This document shows, piece after piece, positions 10,078 to 19,395 of a stretch of DNA of 64,000 nt; positions within the stretch are counted from its first letter, which is position 1; every line of letters begins with the position of its first letter. The translations under genes and the position numbers were made by a program. This stretch comes from an uncultured Verrucomicrobiae bacterium (GTDB lineage: Bacteria; Verrucomicrobiota; Verrucomicrobiia; Chthoniobacterales; UBA10450), in contig CAVWPA010000003.1 of the NCBI GenBank assembly GCA_963756875.1, positions 448,001 through 512,000 on the forward strand, given 5' to 3'. Below the pieces are notes generated by a model. It ran no database searches. It was not told where the DNA came from and saw nothing but the letters and a program-made list of their open reading frames with translations.

Positions 10078-11440
10078 ATGAGCAAATTCCGATTTCTCTC
10101 ATGCATCCTGATTCTCGCCGTGGTGCTCAGCTGGTCGTCGGCCGTGCGTGCAGTTATACTTCTTTCTACAGGCGATCCCACGGTCAATACCAGCGAGCCA
10201 ACGGGTGTTCTGGCGGGCAGCGGTTGGCAGTATGAAGGAAGCTTCGGATGGTTTCTCGGAACTGCCATCGGACCGCACTATTTCATTACAGTGAAGCATA
10301 TCGGCATTGCGTCGAATGTGTTCGTGTATCAAGGAGTGAGTTACACGGTCGTCCAGTGGTTCGATGATCCGATAAGCGAGTTACGCATTTTCGAAGTCGC
10401 AGAAGCGATGCCTACCTATGCGCCGCTATATGCAGGAGTTGACGAACTCAACCGCGATATTGTCGTGATTGGCCGCGGCACACAGCGCGGCAATCCGGTT
10501 TATCTGGGAGGAACCTTGCGTGGCTGGCAGTGGGGTGTAGGTGACGGGGTTCAACGCTGGGGAGAAAATCAAGTCGCTGCAGTGAACGGAAACTCGCTTT
10601 ACGCAATCTTCGACCAAAACGGTGGCTCAAACGAAGCGCAACTTTCTTCCGGTGATTCAGGTGGCGCAACTTTCATGAACGACGCGGGCGTGTGGAAACT
10701 TGCCGGCATCAACTATGCGATTGATGACGCTGTTTCTAGCGCGCCCACAAGCGCCAGTTTCGAGGCCGCATTATTCGACGCTCGTGGATTCTATGATTCG
10801 AGCCAAAAGCTCATTTCTGGCAGTGGACCCATCCCGACAGGATTTTATGCTTTGAGAATATCGCAGAGATTAGCGTGGATACAGGGCGTCATCGCCCCAG
10901 GCACACCTAGTCCGACTCCGGCACCTAGTCCCACGGCAACCCCGAGCGCAACGCCAGCAACGACACCGAGTCCCACGCCCCCTCCGACCGGGGCGGCACA
11001 GATGCTTAGCCCGGGGCCTGGATCCACTTTTGCTTCGTCCACCATGACCTTCGTGTGGAGTCCCGGCAGCGCCAATAAGTACTCAATTTTCGTAGGTAAT
11101 TCGGTCGGGGGATCGGACATTTATAATTCTGGTAATCTCAGTGTTCGTTCTGTCACCGTGAGAAATATTCCTACTAATGGAGAGGTTATCCATGTACGCC
11201 TTCGGTCGCATATTAACCGCAAATGGGAGTCGGTTGATTATGTATACAGCGCTTACAGCTACGATCCCTCGCCAACGCCAACTCCGGCGCCAAGCGCGAC
11301 GCCAGCCCCGACGCCAGCCCCGACGCCAAGCGCGACGCCACCCCGACAAAGGTGAGCCAGCCCCGACACCAAGCGTGACGCCAGCCCCGGTTGTAACGCC
11401 GGCGCCGCGACGAGGGCCTAAGCCACCTATCAATCCGTGA
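10078..11440 (+). CDS. Secreted trypsin-like serine protease with Pro/Thr-rich linkers and a C-terminal beta domain (frameshift near 11345)
   Basis: Signal peptide, ITVKH, SSGDSGG. The annotated frame stops at 11355 but the PT repeat continues in another frame to PKPPINP* at 11440; one 24-bp repeat unit appears to lack 5 nt. Confidence 0.8.
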
Positions 11441-11506
11441 TGGGCCTCGGCTGCATTCGACTCCCTCCCTTCTGATTTGCTCGCTCCTGCGGGAATGCGC
11501 CCTAAA

Positions 11507-11522
11507 TGGTACATTTACTGCT
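11507..11522 (+). promoter_or_regulatory. Putative sigma-54 -24/-12 promoter
   Basis: TGGTACATTTACTGCT upstream of the pilin cassette. Confidence 0.6.
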
Positions 11523-11535
11523 CCTCCAAAGGTGA

Positions 11536-12075
11536 TTGAATTACCATCAATTCCATAATATTAGGACGATTAGGAGCCGGGCGGTCGCGTTCACGTTGGT
11601 CGAAACCGTTATTGCAATCGCCGTCCTCGGCATCGGCGTCGCTTCCACCGTGGGCGCCTTGACGCACATCAACAGCATCGCGGCAACGTCCCGCAACCAA
11701 ACAGGCGCTTACGCCGCCCTCATGAGTCAGGTCGATCTTTTCCGGTCAATGAGTCCCTTTAACCCACAGAAGACGAACCAGGATGGCACCCCTCAGATTC
11801 CCAAGGACGCGTTTCATACGTTTCCAACCTACGATATGACGGTTGGAACGCATCAGATGTCGGTTGATGGCGTGAGCCACAATGTCCCTGTCTATGAATA
11901 CCGGGATTCGACCAACAAGGTTCTGGTAGTGGTCAACGGAACGCTCACAGAGACAGTGACCGATCTTTCGGCGTCTCTTCCGAATACCTACCAGGCGGTA
12001 TTCACGATCACTTACAAGTATCGCAATCGCACCTACACCTACTCGATCAGCACTATCCGGACGTCCGATATATGA
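11536..12075 (+). CDS. Prepilin-type N-terminal cleavage/methylation protein (minor pilin, PilV-like)
   Basis: A-FTLVETVIAIAVLGIG class III signal with Glu5. Confidence 0.85.
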   Translation: MNYHQFHNIRTIRSRAVAFTLVETVIAIAVLGIGVASTVGALTHINSIAATSRNQTGAYAALMSQVDLFRSMSPFNPQKTNQDGTPQIPKDAFHTFPTYDMTVGTHQMSVDGVSHNVPVYEYRDSTNKVLVVVNGTLTETVTDLSASLPNTYQAVFTITYKYRNRTYTYSISTIRTSDI

Positions 12076-12922
12076 AATCTTCTTCGCCCCGGGCCGGGTT
12101 CACCCTGGTAGAGTTAATGGTTACTTGCGCGCTGATCGGCGTCGTCGGCTTGGTACCGTGTACTCGCTGCTCAACATCACCATGGTGCTGGGCGCAAAAA
12201 ACACTGCCTTAAATGTTGCGCACCAGCAGGCTCGCATTGCGATGATTGACATGCTTCAAGACATTCACTCCGCGGTGTCGCTGCCAGCGTTGTCCGACTT
12301 GAACGGAAACCCTTATCCGTTGCCGGCGCCGAGTGCTGCGCCGGGAATTTCTTTTCAAGAGTGGTCAAGCGGGCCGCACAAGATCATCAACGACGCAAAC
12401 ATCGGCAATACTCAAATCAGCATCGCGCTCACTCCCAATGCGGGTCCAACTCCCGTAGCCGGGCAGCGCCTGATTATCCCCGCATATCAGATCGAAGCCG
12501 ATATTGCATCGATTGCGAGCTCTAGTCCTTCGAATTTCAAGATCAATCTGACCAACATATCCGGACCGGCCGTTCCGAACGTGACCTATCCGACAAATTC
12601 TCTGCCGGTTGCAATTAAAGGCACAGACAGTAGCGCTGGCGATACCATTTGCTTTGTGACGGACCGCTGTTCGTACACGGTTGTCGGGAGCACGCTCACC
12701 TGGAAATGGAAAGGTAATGTTCGGACGGCAGCGAGTGATATTACTAACTTGACTCCTTTCAGCACGCCGACAACGCCGGCCGGCGCACTTTACTATCGAT
12801 TTGTAGCCGCGATCGACCTTTCAACGTCAGACCACCAATACAGCAATCGTGGCTACAAATCAGCAAACATTCTGCTCAACGGACAGGTTCCATTTAAGGC
12901 GCGGCTTACAACTTATCAATGA
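12072..12922 (+). CDS. Minor pilin (PilW-like), frameshifted near 12157
   Basis: ATG 12072 overlaps the upstream stop and reads MKSSSPRAG-FTLVELMVTCALIGVVGL; the frame then switches to the 12125..12922 ORF (YSLLNITMVLGAKN...). Confidence 0.82.
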
Positions 12923-14784
12923 AAACGAAATACAGTTCTAACAAATCCGGTAGTACTTTAGCGGTTGTGATAGCGACGATGGCAATCCTGATGGTTGTCG
13001 TCGGCATCGCGATTGATTACACGACTACCATTAATCGGAATACGCAGCGCAGTAGCACTCAACAAACGGCGCTCGCGCTGGCTGACGACGCCTTAGAAGT
13101 GCTGTTTAACAATTGGAGATCAACGTGTCGTGGTACACCGACTACGACATTCAAGACAAGCGATTTTTCAGCTATTCCGACGCCGTCGCCGTTCCCAAAT
13201 ATGCCTAGCGCCAATTTCGTGAAACGAGGAACGAACTACGATCCGGCGACCGATGAATACGATTCAGGCTATACCATCTCAAATTACAAGGTGGTTGCAG
13301 TGACTGCGGAATATACCGCGCTCGCGAAAGCGGACGCGACGCCTGAACCGCAACTCGGACAACTGAGCGGCAACGTAAACTCCGACGTTTCGAACACGAC
13401 GACCTCTGCCACTTATAATTATATTGCCTCCGCCGACGTTACCTTGCCGACGTCATTTGGATCCGGCACCGTGGTCGCGAAGGTCCGGCGTGTGTTTTCG
13501 AGGCAGCAGCTTTCGCCATGGCAGTGGGCCATTTTTTATCTCGATCCGTTAGAAATTAATCCAGGGCCACAGTTTACGGTGACAGGCTGGGTCCACACGA
13601 ACTCGGACCTTTATACGGCGCACAACACGCTGACCTTCGCAGACAAGGTTACGTACGGGTCCGACTGGTTCATTAATTTTATGCCTGGCGACGCGCAACA
13701 CCCAGGGGAAACTCCGCAATCGCCAAACTATCCAAACAATCTGCCGCCTGCGCGCGATCAGGAATTACAACCGTTCGGACTCGACGCGAGCTTGGTTTTC
13801 GACACGACGGACAACAACCAGAACAACGACAGCTACGTCGAACTGATTCAGCCGCCTTCCGGTAAGAATGATCCAATGTCCGGTTCACGGTACTGGGATC
13901 AGGCAAGCGTCGTTATCCAAGTGGACAACGATAACAACGTAACGATTGGCAAGCCGAAGGCGAACGGGGGTATCGATACGAAGCACATCTCCTCCGATCT
14001 CCAAGACATGTTCAGCAGCGCGATCACTACGAACCAAACGATCCAGGATAATCGCGAAGGAGCAAGCATTCGCTTGGTGACGCTTGACGTTAGCAAAATT
14101 CTGAGCAGCACAAATCCGCCTACCTATAAGTCATCCAGCTTTAATGGAATTGTTTACATTTATGATAATAGCTACAGCTCCAGCAAGAGACGTGGGGTTC
14201 GCTTGGTGAATGGCTCCAAAATTCCCTCGACCACCGGACTTACCGTTGCCAGCCAGAATCCTGTTTATATCCAGGGTGACTTCAATACCGGCGGAACCGG
14301 TGGCAGCGTTCCGTCGAACGCGGGCGGCGCGTATAACAATAACAATCTGCCTAACCCTCAGGTATCGGGTTACGCACGCGCATCCTGCTCCATCTTGGCC
14401 GATGCCGTGAATATCCTGTCCAATAACTGGGTGGACTCGCACTCGTCTAACGGACTCAGCTCGCGCATAGCCAGCAACACGACCGTCAATGCAGCCATCG
14501 TCTCCGGAATCGTTCCCACCAACGTTTACAACGATGGCGGTTACAGCGGCGGCGCAGAAAACTTCCCGCGCTTCCTGGAGGACTGGTCGAACGCCACCCT
14601 CACCTATTACGGATCGATGGTGGAGCTTTACAAAAGCCAACAGTCCACAGGCGAATGGGGTATGGGCAACGTTTACAATGCGCCGACCCGGAAGTGGTTT
14701 TTCGATAATAACTTTAAGTTGAGCCCTCCGCCTGGCTCGCTAATGGTCTACAGCTACATCAAAGGCAGATGGTACGTTCTTTAA
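12919..14784 (+). CDS. Large PilX/GspK-like pilin-family protein
   Basis: G-STLAVVIATMAILMVV N-terminus without Glu5 (PilX/GspK type), ATGA-coupled to the upstream pilin; C-terminal GGAENFPRFLEDW...APTRKWFFD...PPG region. Confidence 0.78.
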   Translation: MKTKYSSNKSGSTLAVVIATMAILMVVVGIAIDYTTTINRNTQRSSTQQTALALADDALEVLFNNWRSTCRGTPTTTFKTSDFSAIPTPSPFPNMPSANFVKRGTNYDPATDEYDSGYTISNYKVVAVTAEYTALAKADATPEPQLGQLSGNVNSDVSNTTTSATYNYIASADVTLPTSFGSGTVVAKVRRVFSRQQLSPWQWAIFYLDPLEINPGPQFTVTGWVHTNSDLYTAHNTLTFADKVTYGSDWFINFMPGDAQHPGETPQSPNYPNNLPPARDQELQPFGLDASLVFDTTDNNQNNDSYVELIQPPSGKNDPMSGSRYWDQASVVIQVDNDNNVTIGKPKANGGIDTKHISSDLQDMFSSAITTNQTIQDNREGASIRLVTLDVSKILSSTNPPTYKSSSFNGIVYIYDNSYSSSKRRGVRLVNGSKIPSTTGLTVASQNPVYIQGDFNTGGTGGSVPSNAGGAYNNNNLPNPQVSGYARASCSILADAVNILSNNWVDSHSSNGLSSRIASNTTVNAAIVSGIVPTNVYNDGGYSGGAENFPRFLEDWSNATLTYYGSMVELYKSQQSTGEWGMGNVYNAPTRKWFFDNNFKLSPPPGSLMVYSYIKGRWYVL

Positions 14785-15344
14785 TTTCAGCCGCCATCAG
14801 CTTGTTCCTGGTCGCAGTCGCGCGCGGGGACCTGCAACTGGTGCCGAAGCCGGTCGAATACGAGCTCGACGGCGTCAAGTTAAAGCAGCTCGCATTTTCC
14901 GACGGAGGGGCAAAGGAGATTACTTACTCGCCGCCGCGAGGTTGGGAATACTCGGGCAGCGCCAACAAGCTGACACTGCACCCTCCGAATAAACCGCAGG
15001 CTGAAGCCACGATCTACTGGATCCCCCTTCCCGAACCGGCTGCGGCCACGTTTGACGATCAAACTGTAAAGAAACTCGTGGAGGAAACGTTGGGCGCGGC
15101 GCCAAGTGGGAGCACCAACGTTCGGCTGGTTTCGCAGGAAAAAGACCCGCTCATGATCGAGCGCAAGGGAACATTCCTCGTTGTCGTAAGTTACGATCTC
15201 TATGGTAACAGTTACACCCGCTCCGTAATGTTTCTAAACCGCGGCAAAGAGCAGGTGCGATTTCAACTTCTCTGCCGTTCTGGCGATTTCAAAGAATTGC
15301 AAAAGGCTTTTCTGGGCAGCCAATATTCCTGGCAAGGTCTCTGA
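14769..15344 (+). CDS. Secreted hypothetical protein, last gene of the pilin operon
   Basis: Signal peptide ending VARG; overlaps the end of the upstream gene. Confidence 0.7.
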   Translation: MVRSLISAAISLFLVAVARGDLQLVPKPVEYELDGVKLKQLAFSDGGAKEITYSPPRGWEYSGSANKLTLHPPNKPQAEATIYWIPLPEPAAATFDDQTVKKLVEETLGAAPSGSTNVRLVSQEKDPLMIERKGTFLVVVSYDLYGNSYTRSVMFLNRGKEQVRFQLLCRSGDFKELQKAFLGSQYSWQGL

Positions 15345-15628
15345 TTCTGAGCCCGGCCGGCGTTCTGTCCTGCGGTTGTGGGCGCGGCTTCCTGAACACG
15401 CCTTGAAGCGAAAAAGGCGGGAGGCATTCTCCAGCCGCAATCGGCTTTCGTAAAGCGAGCGACCTTCGCGCGTTCGAGAGGATGGTGCCGTAAATCTCGG
15501 TCTGTCACCGCGGCGCGACGCAACTTTTAGCGAAGCGGCCGAACCCGTCGGCACCTAGGAATCTGGTGGACGCCTTACGACAATTTGTCTTGACTTGGGA
15601 CGGCTGGCTCCTGTAAAAGAGCCGTCTA

Positions 15629-15664
15629 TTGACGGTGCGATATAAATATGAGAATTATAGAAAT
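15629..15664 (+). promoter_or_regulatory. Conserved promoter motif, copy 1
   Basis: TTGACG-N9-AAATATGAGAATTATAG; same 17-mer and spacing at 18554-18585. Confidence 0.7.
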
Positions 15665-15753
15665 CACTATTAAATCGGCAAGCTAAGAAAAAGTTTAGGC
15701 TCACCGAAGGGTATTAAAACGCACTTAAAAAAACAACAGCGACGAACATCCAT

Positions 15754-16440
15754 ATGAGAATAATCAAACCTAATCGCCTCCTCAAAATCACGCTCTTACT
15801 CGCGTGCAGCTTAACATTCCTAACCACCTCCGCTTGGGCCACGCTGGTGACATGGACGCTGAACCCGACTTCCACGAATGCCCCGGTTGGGTCAAGCAGC
15901 GAGGCTTACACCGTATCCGGGTACACGATCACGGCTCGTGGCTACGACAATTCTGGCGGCGTCGGCACAGCCCACGATTTGTTCTTTAAGAATGGCGGCG
16001 GAGACGAGATCGGTCTCGGGCTGGTGAACACCCCCAACAACGAGCTCCAGATCGACAGCCACGGCGATCCGCTTCAGTTCATCCAATTGGATCTCACCTC
16101 GATTCTTTCTCAAGGCTTCACGAATGGACAAATTGAGGTTGGTAGCGTGCAATCCGGCGAATCGTTCTTCCTCTACGGTTCGAATGTACTCGGTTCTCTG
16201 GGGACCAAGTTGAACAATACGCCGTACGGAAGCAGCTCCGACAATCAATTCTTGTCGGTTCCTAACTTCGGAAGCTATCAATTCATCTCGGTCGTCGCCG
16301 CCGCCGCCGATGTGCTTCCTGTCGCATTTCAGGCGTCGATCGTTCCGATTCCCGAGCCAGCGAGCTTGATTCCGGTTGCTTGTCTGGTAGTCGCTGCGAC
16401 GGCTCTTGAAGCCAGACGACGCCGGCGCGTGAGCGTATAG
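15754..16440 (+). CDS. PEP-CTERM surface protein
   Basis: Signal peptide; C-terminus IPEPASLIPVACLVVAATALEARRRRR (motif, TM helix, basic tail). Confidence 0.88.
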   Translation: MRIIKPNRLLKITLLLACSLTFLTTSAWATLVTWTLNPTSTNAPVGSSSEAYTVSGYTITARGYDNSGGVGTAHDLFFKNGGGDEIGLGLVNTPNNELQIDSHGDPLQFIQLDLTSILSQGFTNGQIEVGSVQSGESFFLYGSNVLGSLGTKLNNTPYGSSSDNQFLSVPNFGSYQFISVVAAAADVLPVAFQASIVPIPEPASLIPVACLVVAATALEARRRRRVSV

Positions 16441-16463
16441 TTTTTGCTGATTGTTTAACTGGT

Positions 16464-16495
16464 GGCCGCTCCAACGGGAGCGGCCGCTCTCTTTT
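16464..16495 (+). terminator. Intrinsic terminator between convergent genes
   Basis: Stem GGCCGCTCC-aacg-GGAGCGGCC followed by CTCTCTTTT. Confidence 0.7.
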
Positions 16496-16531
16496 AGGCC
16501 GATTCTTTGGGCTTGGTAAAAAGTTGGCAGA

Positions 16532-18236
16532 CTAGCGGAACGACTTCTCCGCTTTGGCCACGAGCCGACTTTCTTCGGGCAAGAGCTTCGCTGCCCGTGC
16601 GAGCTTTAGATACTCCTTCGCCTTTTCGGCTTTGCCCGTCGCCACTAGAACAACACCATAATAAGCTGCTATTGGCGGGTCGTGTAGTTCGCTTTGGCTT
16701 AGACCGTTCATGATCTTAAGCGCGCCTTTGGCGTCACCCTTCGTGTAAAGAGCAAAAGCATAGGTCGACGTATAAGCAGGGTTGGATCCTTCCTTGCGAT
16801 AAAGTTGGGCCGCGACCGCCCGTGCGTGTTTTACGTCGACATTCAGAAGCAGACTTACCTGTGCAAGATTGTTTTGAATTCGGGGATCATCCGGATCCAC
16901 TTTTTCGAGGCGCACGAGCACCCGGTACAGTCCGACGGTATCAGCTGTGTCCGAGTGACCGCTGGTAGAGCTCCTGGAGCGCTTCGAATTGTTTGTCAGG
17001 CTGCTTTGTGAGGAGCCAAAGCAAATCCAACGTTTCTTTCTGCCAGCCCCACTGCGCGGCCGCGCGGGCGAGCGCGGCCAGATACTCTGACTGACCCGAC
17101 GCCTCCTTTTGTGCAAATTCCCATTCGCGGTCGGCAGCGATCGGTTTTCCCTGTTTGCGCGCCGCGAGGGCGAGATATGCGTGCCGCAGAAATTCGAATT
17201 GGTTCCAGTTCGAACCTGTAACCGTCGCCTCTATTCCTTTCCAATCTGCCAGTTTGCCGTGGGCCTCGGCGATCGCTAGCGGCACCGGCCATTTACTCAG
17301 TTTATCTTTCGGCAAGTTATGGGCAAAATCGATGGCGACCAGGCTCATGCCATTGGCCGTCATCCACGAAAGCAGGCTGCCCAAATCGACCGGATTGGAA
17401 GCCGCCTCCTTTTCCATCGCTGTGAGATATCCAGGAAATTTCGCGTCGTCTAGTTGCCGAAGAATTTCCAGATAAAGAATACGATCTTCGAATGTGGCGC
17501 GCGGATAATTTTGCAGGTCCCACGCCCACGCTTTTAGCTCATCTGGATCCCCAAGATGTTTTGTTCCATCTAAAATCAGTGTCCGAGTGGCCAGCGACCG
17601 TTGTTTATCGTCCCCGCGCAATTGTTGTAAGATCGATAAAGCAGTCTTCCGCTTGGCTGGATTGTTCATACGCAAAAGCGCGAGAGCGAACTGCAATTGA
17701 TACGCCTTGTTTCTGGGCGCCGATTCTAACGCTTTTTCCCACTCTTTCTCCGCCTCGGCGGGTCGCTTCTTTGCTTCCGCCAAACGCGCAGTCGCGACGT
17801 GAAAATCGGGTCCTTGTCGGCCTTTTTCGTTGACCTGCCGCAACGCTTGTTCCGCGATCGCAATATCGTTGAACTGCAAAGCGCATGTGGCCAGCGCGAG
17901 GAGATCTTCCACTGAATTCGGCGCGATCTCGGTGGCCTTGCGACGCCAGTCCAGCGCAGTCCGATTGCCGGACGCCTCGGAAATCTGCGCGAGAATCCGC
18001 ACGGCGTTCACATTTTTAGTGTCCAGCTGCAGCGCGCTCTGCGCGCTTAGGGCCGCTTGCCGCAAATCTCCACCACCCAAGTAAGCTGCGGCGCGCCGCG
18101 CCAAGTGACGCGATTGCATCGCGGCATAAAAATGATATCCGCCCCAGCAAAGCAGAATAAAGAGAACAAGCCCGACGAACCCGCCGAATACGAGTTTAAT
18201 ACAGCTTCGTTGCGTTTTTTCGACGGATATTTGCAC
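16532..18236 (-). CDS. Membrane-anchored TPR-like alpha-helical protein, copy 1 (frameshift at ~16957)
   Basis: ORFs 16941..18236 and 16532..17116 together align end to end with the intact paralog at 19396 (RHLARRAAAYL, KWPVP, NNLAQVSLLLNVD, STYAFALY, LLPEE). Confidence 0.82.
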
Positions 18237-18553
18237 GTTCGTCTAGAATTAGGGATGCGGCGGGTTTGGCCAATGTCAATTGCTCGTCAAGGGCTGCTCA
18301 CAATTGCACCGTCTGAAACGGCACTTCGCGTACCCGGCGGCGAACAGGATGATCGTGGCGACCGAGAGTGACGATGGAGCCCGGCGGACAACAGAAGGGA
18401 GCAAAACGGGCGGCTGCGGTATCGCTGGCCAGGACGCGTTATGTCGATTCGCCGGCAGTTTCTCTCTTGCCCCAATTTTATGCTTGCCATCGGTGGCGGT
18501 TCTCAGGTAAAAACGGCATCGATTAGGGCAAATCAGCGGCATGAAATTTGTTG

Positions 18554-18589
18554 TTGACGCTGAGACCCAAATATGAGAATTATAGGAAT
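18554..18589 (+). promoter_or_regulatory. Conserved promoter motif, copy 2
   Basis: TTGACG-N9-AAATATGAGAATTATAG upstream of the PEP-CTERM gene at 18646. Confidence 0.7.
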
Positions 18590-18645
18590 AACGATAAATA
18601 CAGTGCTTATTGTCGACTAACACTAACTATTCCTGAACTAATATT

Positions 18646-19326
18646 ATGAATACCAAATCCATCGCCCGCCGTTGTCTGCCAGTTGCCCTGGGTGCGCTGT
18701 CACTTCTCTGCCTGGCTACCACCTCCCGTGCCACGGTTTTGAATTACACGCCGAATCCGGCAGACCTCTACGACCTCGATCACCACTACAGCTATTCGTG
18801 GAGGATCGACAATATTAACCTGCCCAGCAATGCTCTGATCGAGAGCGCGACACTCACCTTCACCAACATTGCCAACTGGGACAGTAATCCGAACATGCTC
18901 TTCGTTTACCTTTTGGACACGGCAACGCATTCAGGGGTCAACTCGTTTCAGGACCATCCCCTCTACGAAGCCCCCGTGGGCGACATCACCGACCACTTTG
19001 CCAACGGTGCCGTTATCCCGTCGCTTGTCAGTGGTACAACCGCGATGACAAAATTGTTCCAGAAGTCGTTTACAACGACGCCCACCACCTACACGTACAC
19101 TTTCACGGCAAGCCAGCTCACGACATTGATGAATTACATCGGTAATGGAAAGAACGTTGCGCTTGGCTTCGACTCGGAGTGTCACTTTTTCAACGATGGC
19201 ATCACTTTTAGTATTAATTACGTCACGCCAATTCCAGAAATGGCGAATGGCATCCCGGTCTTTTGTTTGGTTGCGGTTGCAATAGGCTTCGAACTCTGGC
19301 GTCGCCGCTCCGCAGTCAAAGCCTGA
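18646..19326 (+). CDS. PEP-CTERM-variant surface protein
   Basis: Signal peptide; C-terminus PIPEMANGIPVFCLVAVAIGFELWRRRS. Confidence 0.82.
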   Translation: MNTKSIARRCLPVALGALSLLCLATTSRATVLNYTPNPADLYDLDHHYSYSWRIDNINLPSNALIESATLTFTNIANWDSNPNMLFVYLLDTATHSGVNSFQDHPLYEAPVGDITDHFANGAVIPSLVSGTTAMTKLFQKSFTTTPTTYTYTFTASQLTTLMNYIGNGKNVALGFDSECHFFNDGITFSINYVTPIPEMANGIPVFCLVAVAIGFELWRRRSAVKA

Positions 19327-19349
19327 AGGCGTTTGGCTAAGGCTCGCAT

Positions 19350-19388
19350 GCGCAGCCGCACTCCAAAAGAGTGCGGCTGCGCTGTTTT
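19350..19388 (+). terminator. Intrinsic terminator between convergent genes
   Basis: GCGCAGCCGCACTC-caaaa-GAGTGCGGCTGCGC followed by TGTTTT. Confidence 0.75.
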
Positions 19389-19395
19389 CGCGAAA

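Noticed and set aside
10903..11410. Pro/Thr-coding tandem repeats as a CRISPR or non-coding repeat array
   Set aside because: They are in-frame codon repeats for PT linkers, with no unique spacers and no cas genes.
12140..12165. Programmed ribosomal frameshift or phase variation in the pilin
   Set aside because: There is no slippery heptamer or homopolymer tract; the shared GTAC context with three other breaks favours a sequencing artefact.
11536..14784. Verru_Chthon four-gene cassette
   Set aside because: There are only three pilin-like genes, with the large one last and only 621 aa; I could not recognise the cassette's motifs. An HMM check is still needed.
16532..17116. Separate 194-aa gene, or selenocysteine/readthrough at TGA 16941
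   Set aside because: It is the 3' part of the TPR gene in a different frame; readthrough would not restore the frame, whereas a 1-nt deletion does.
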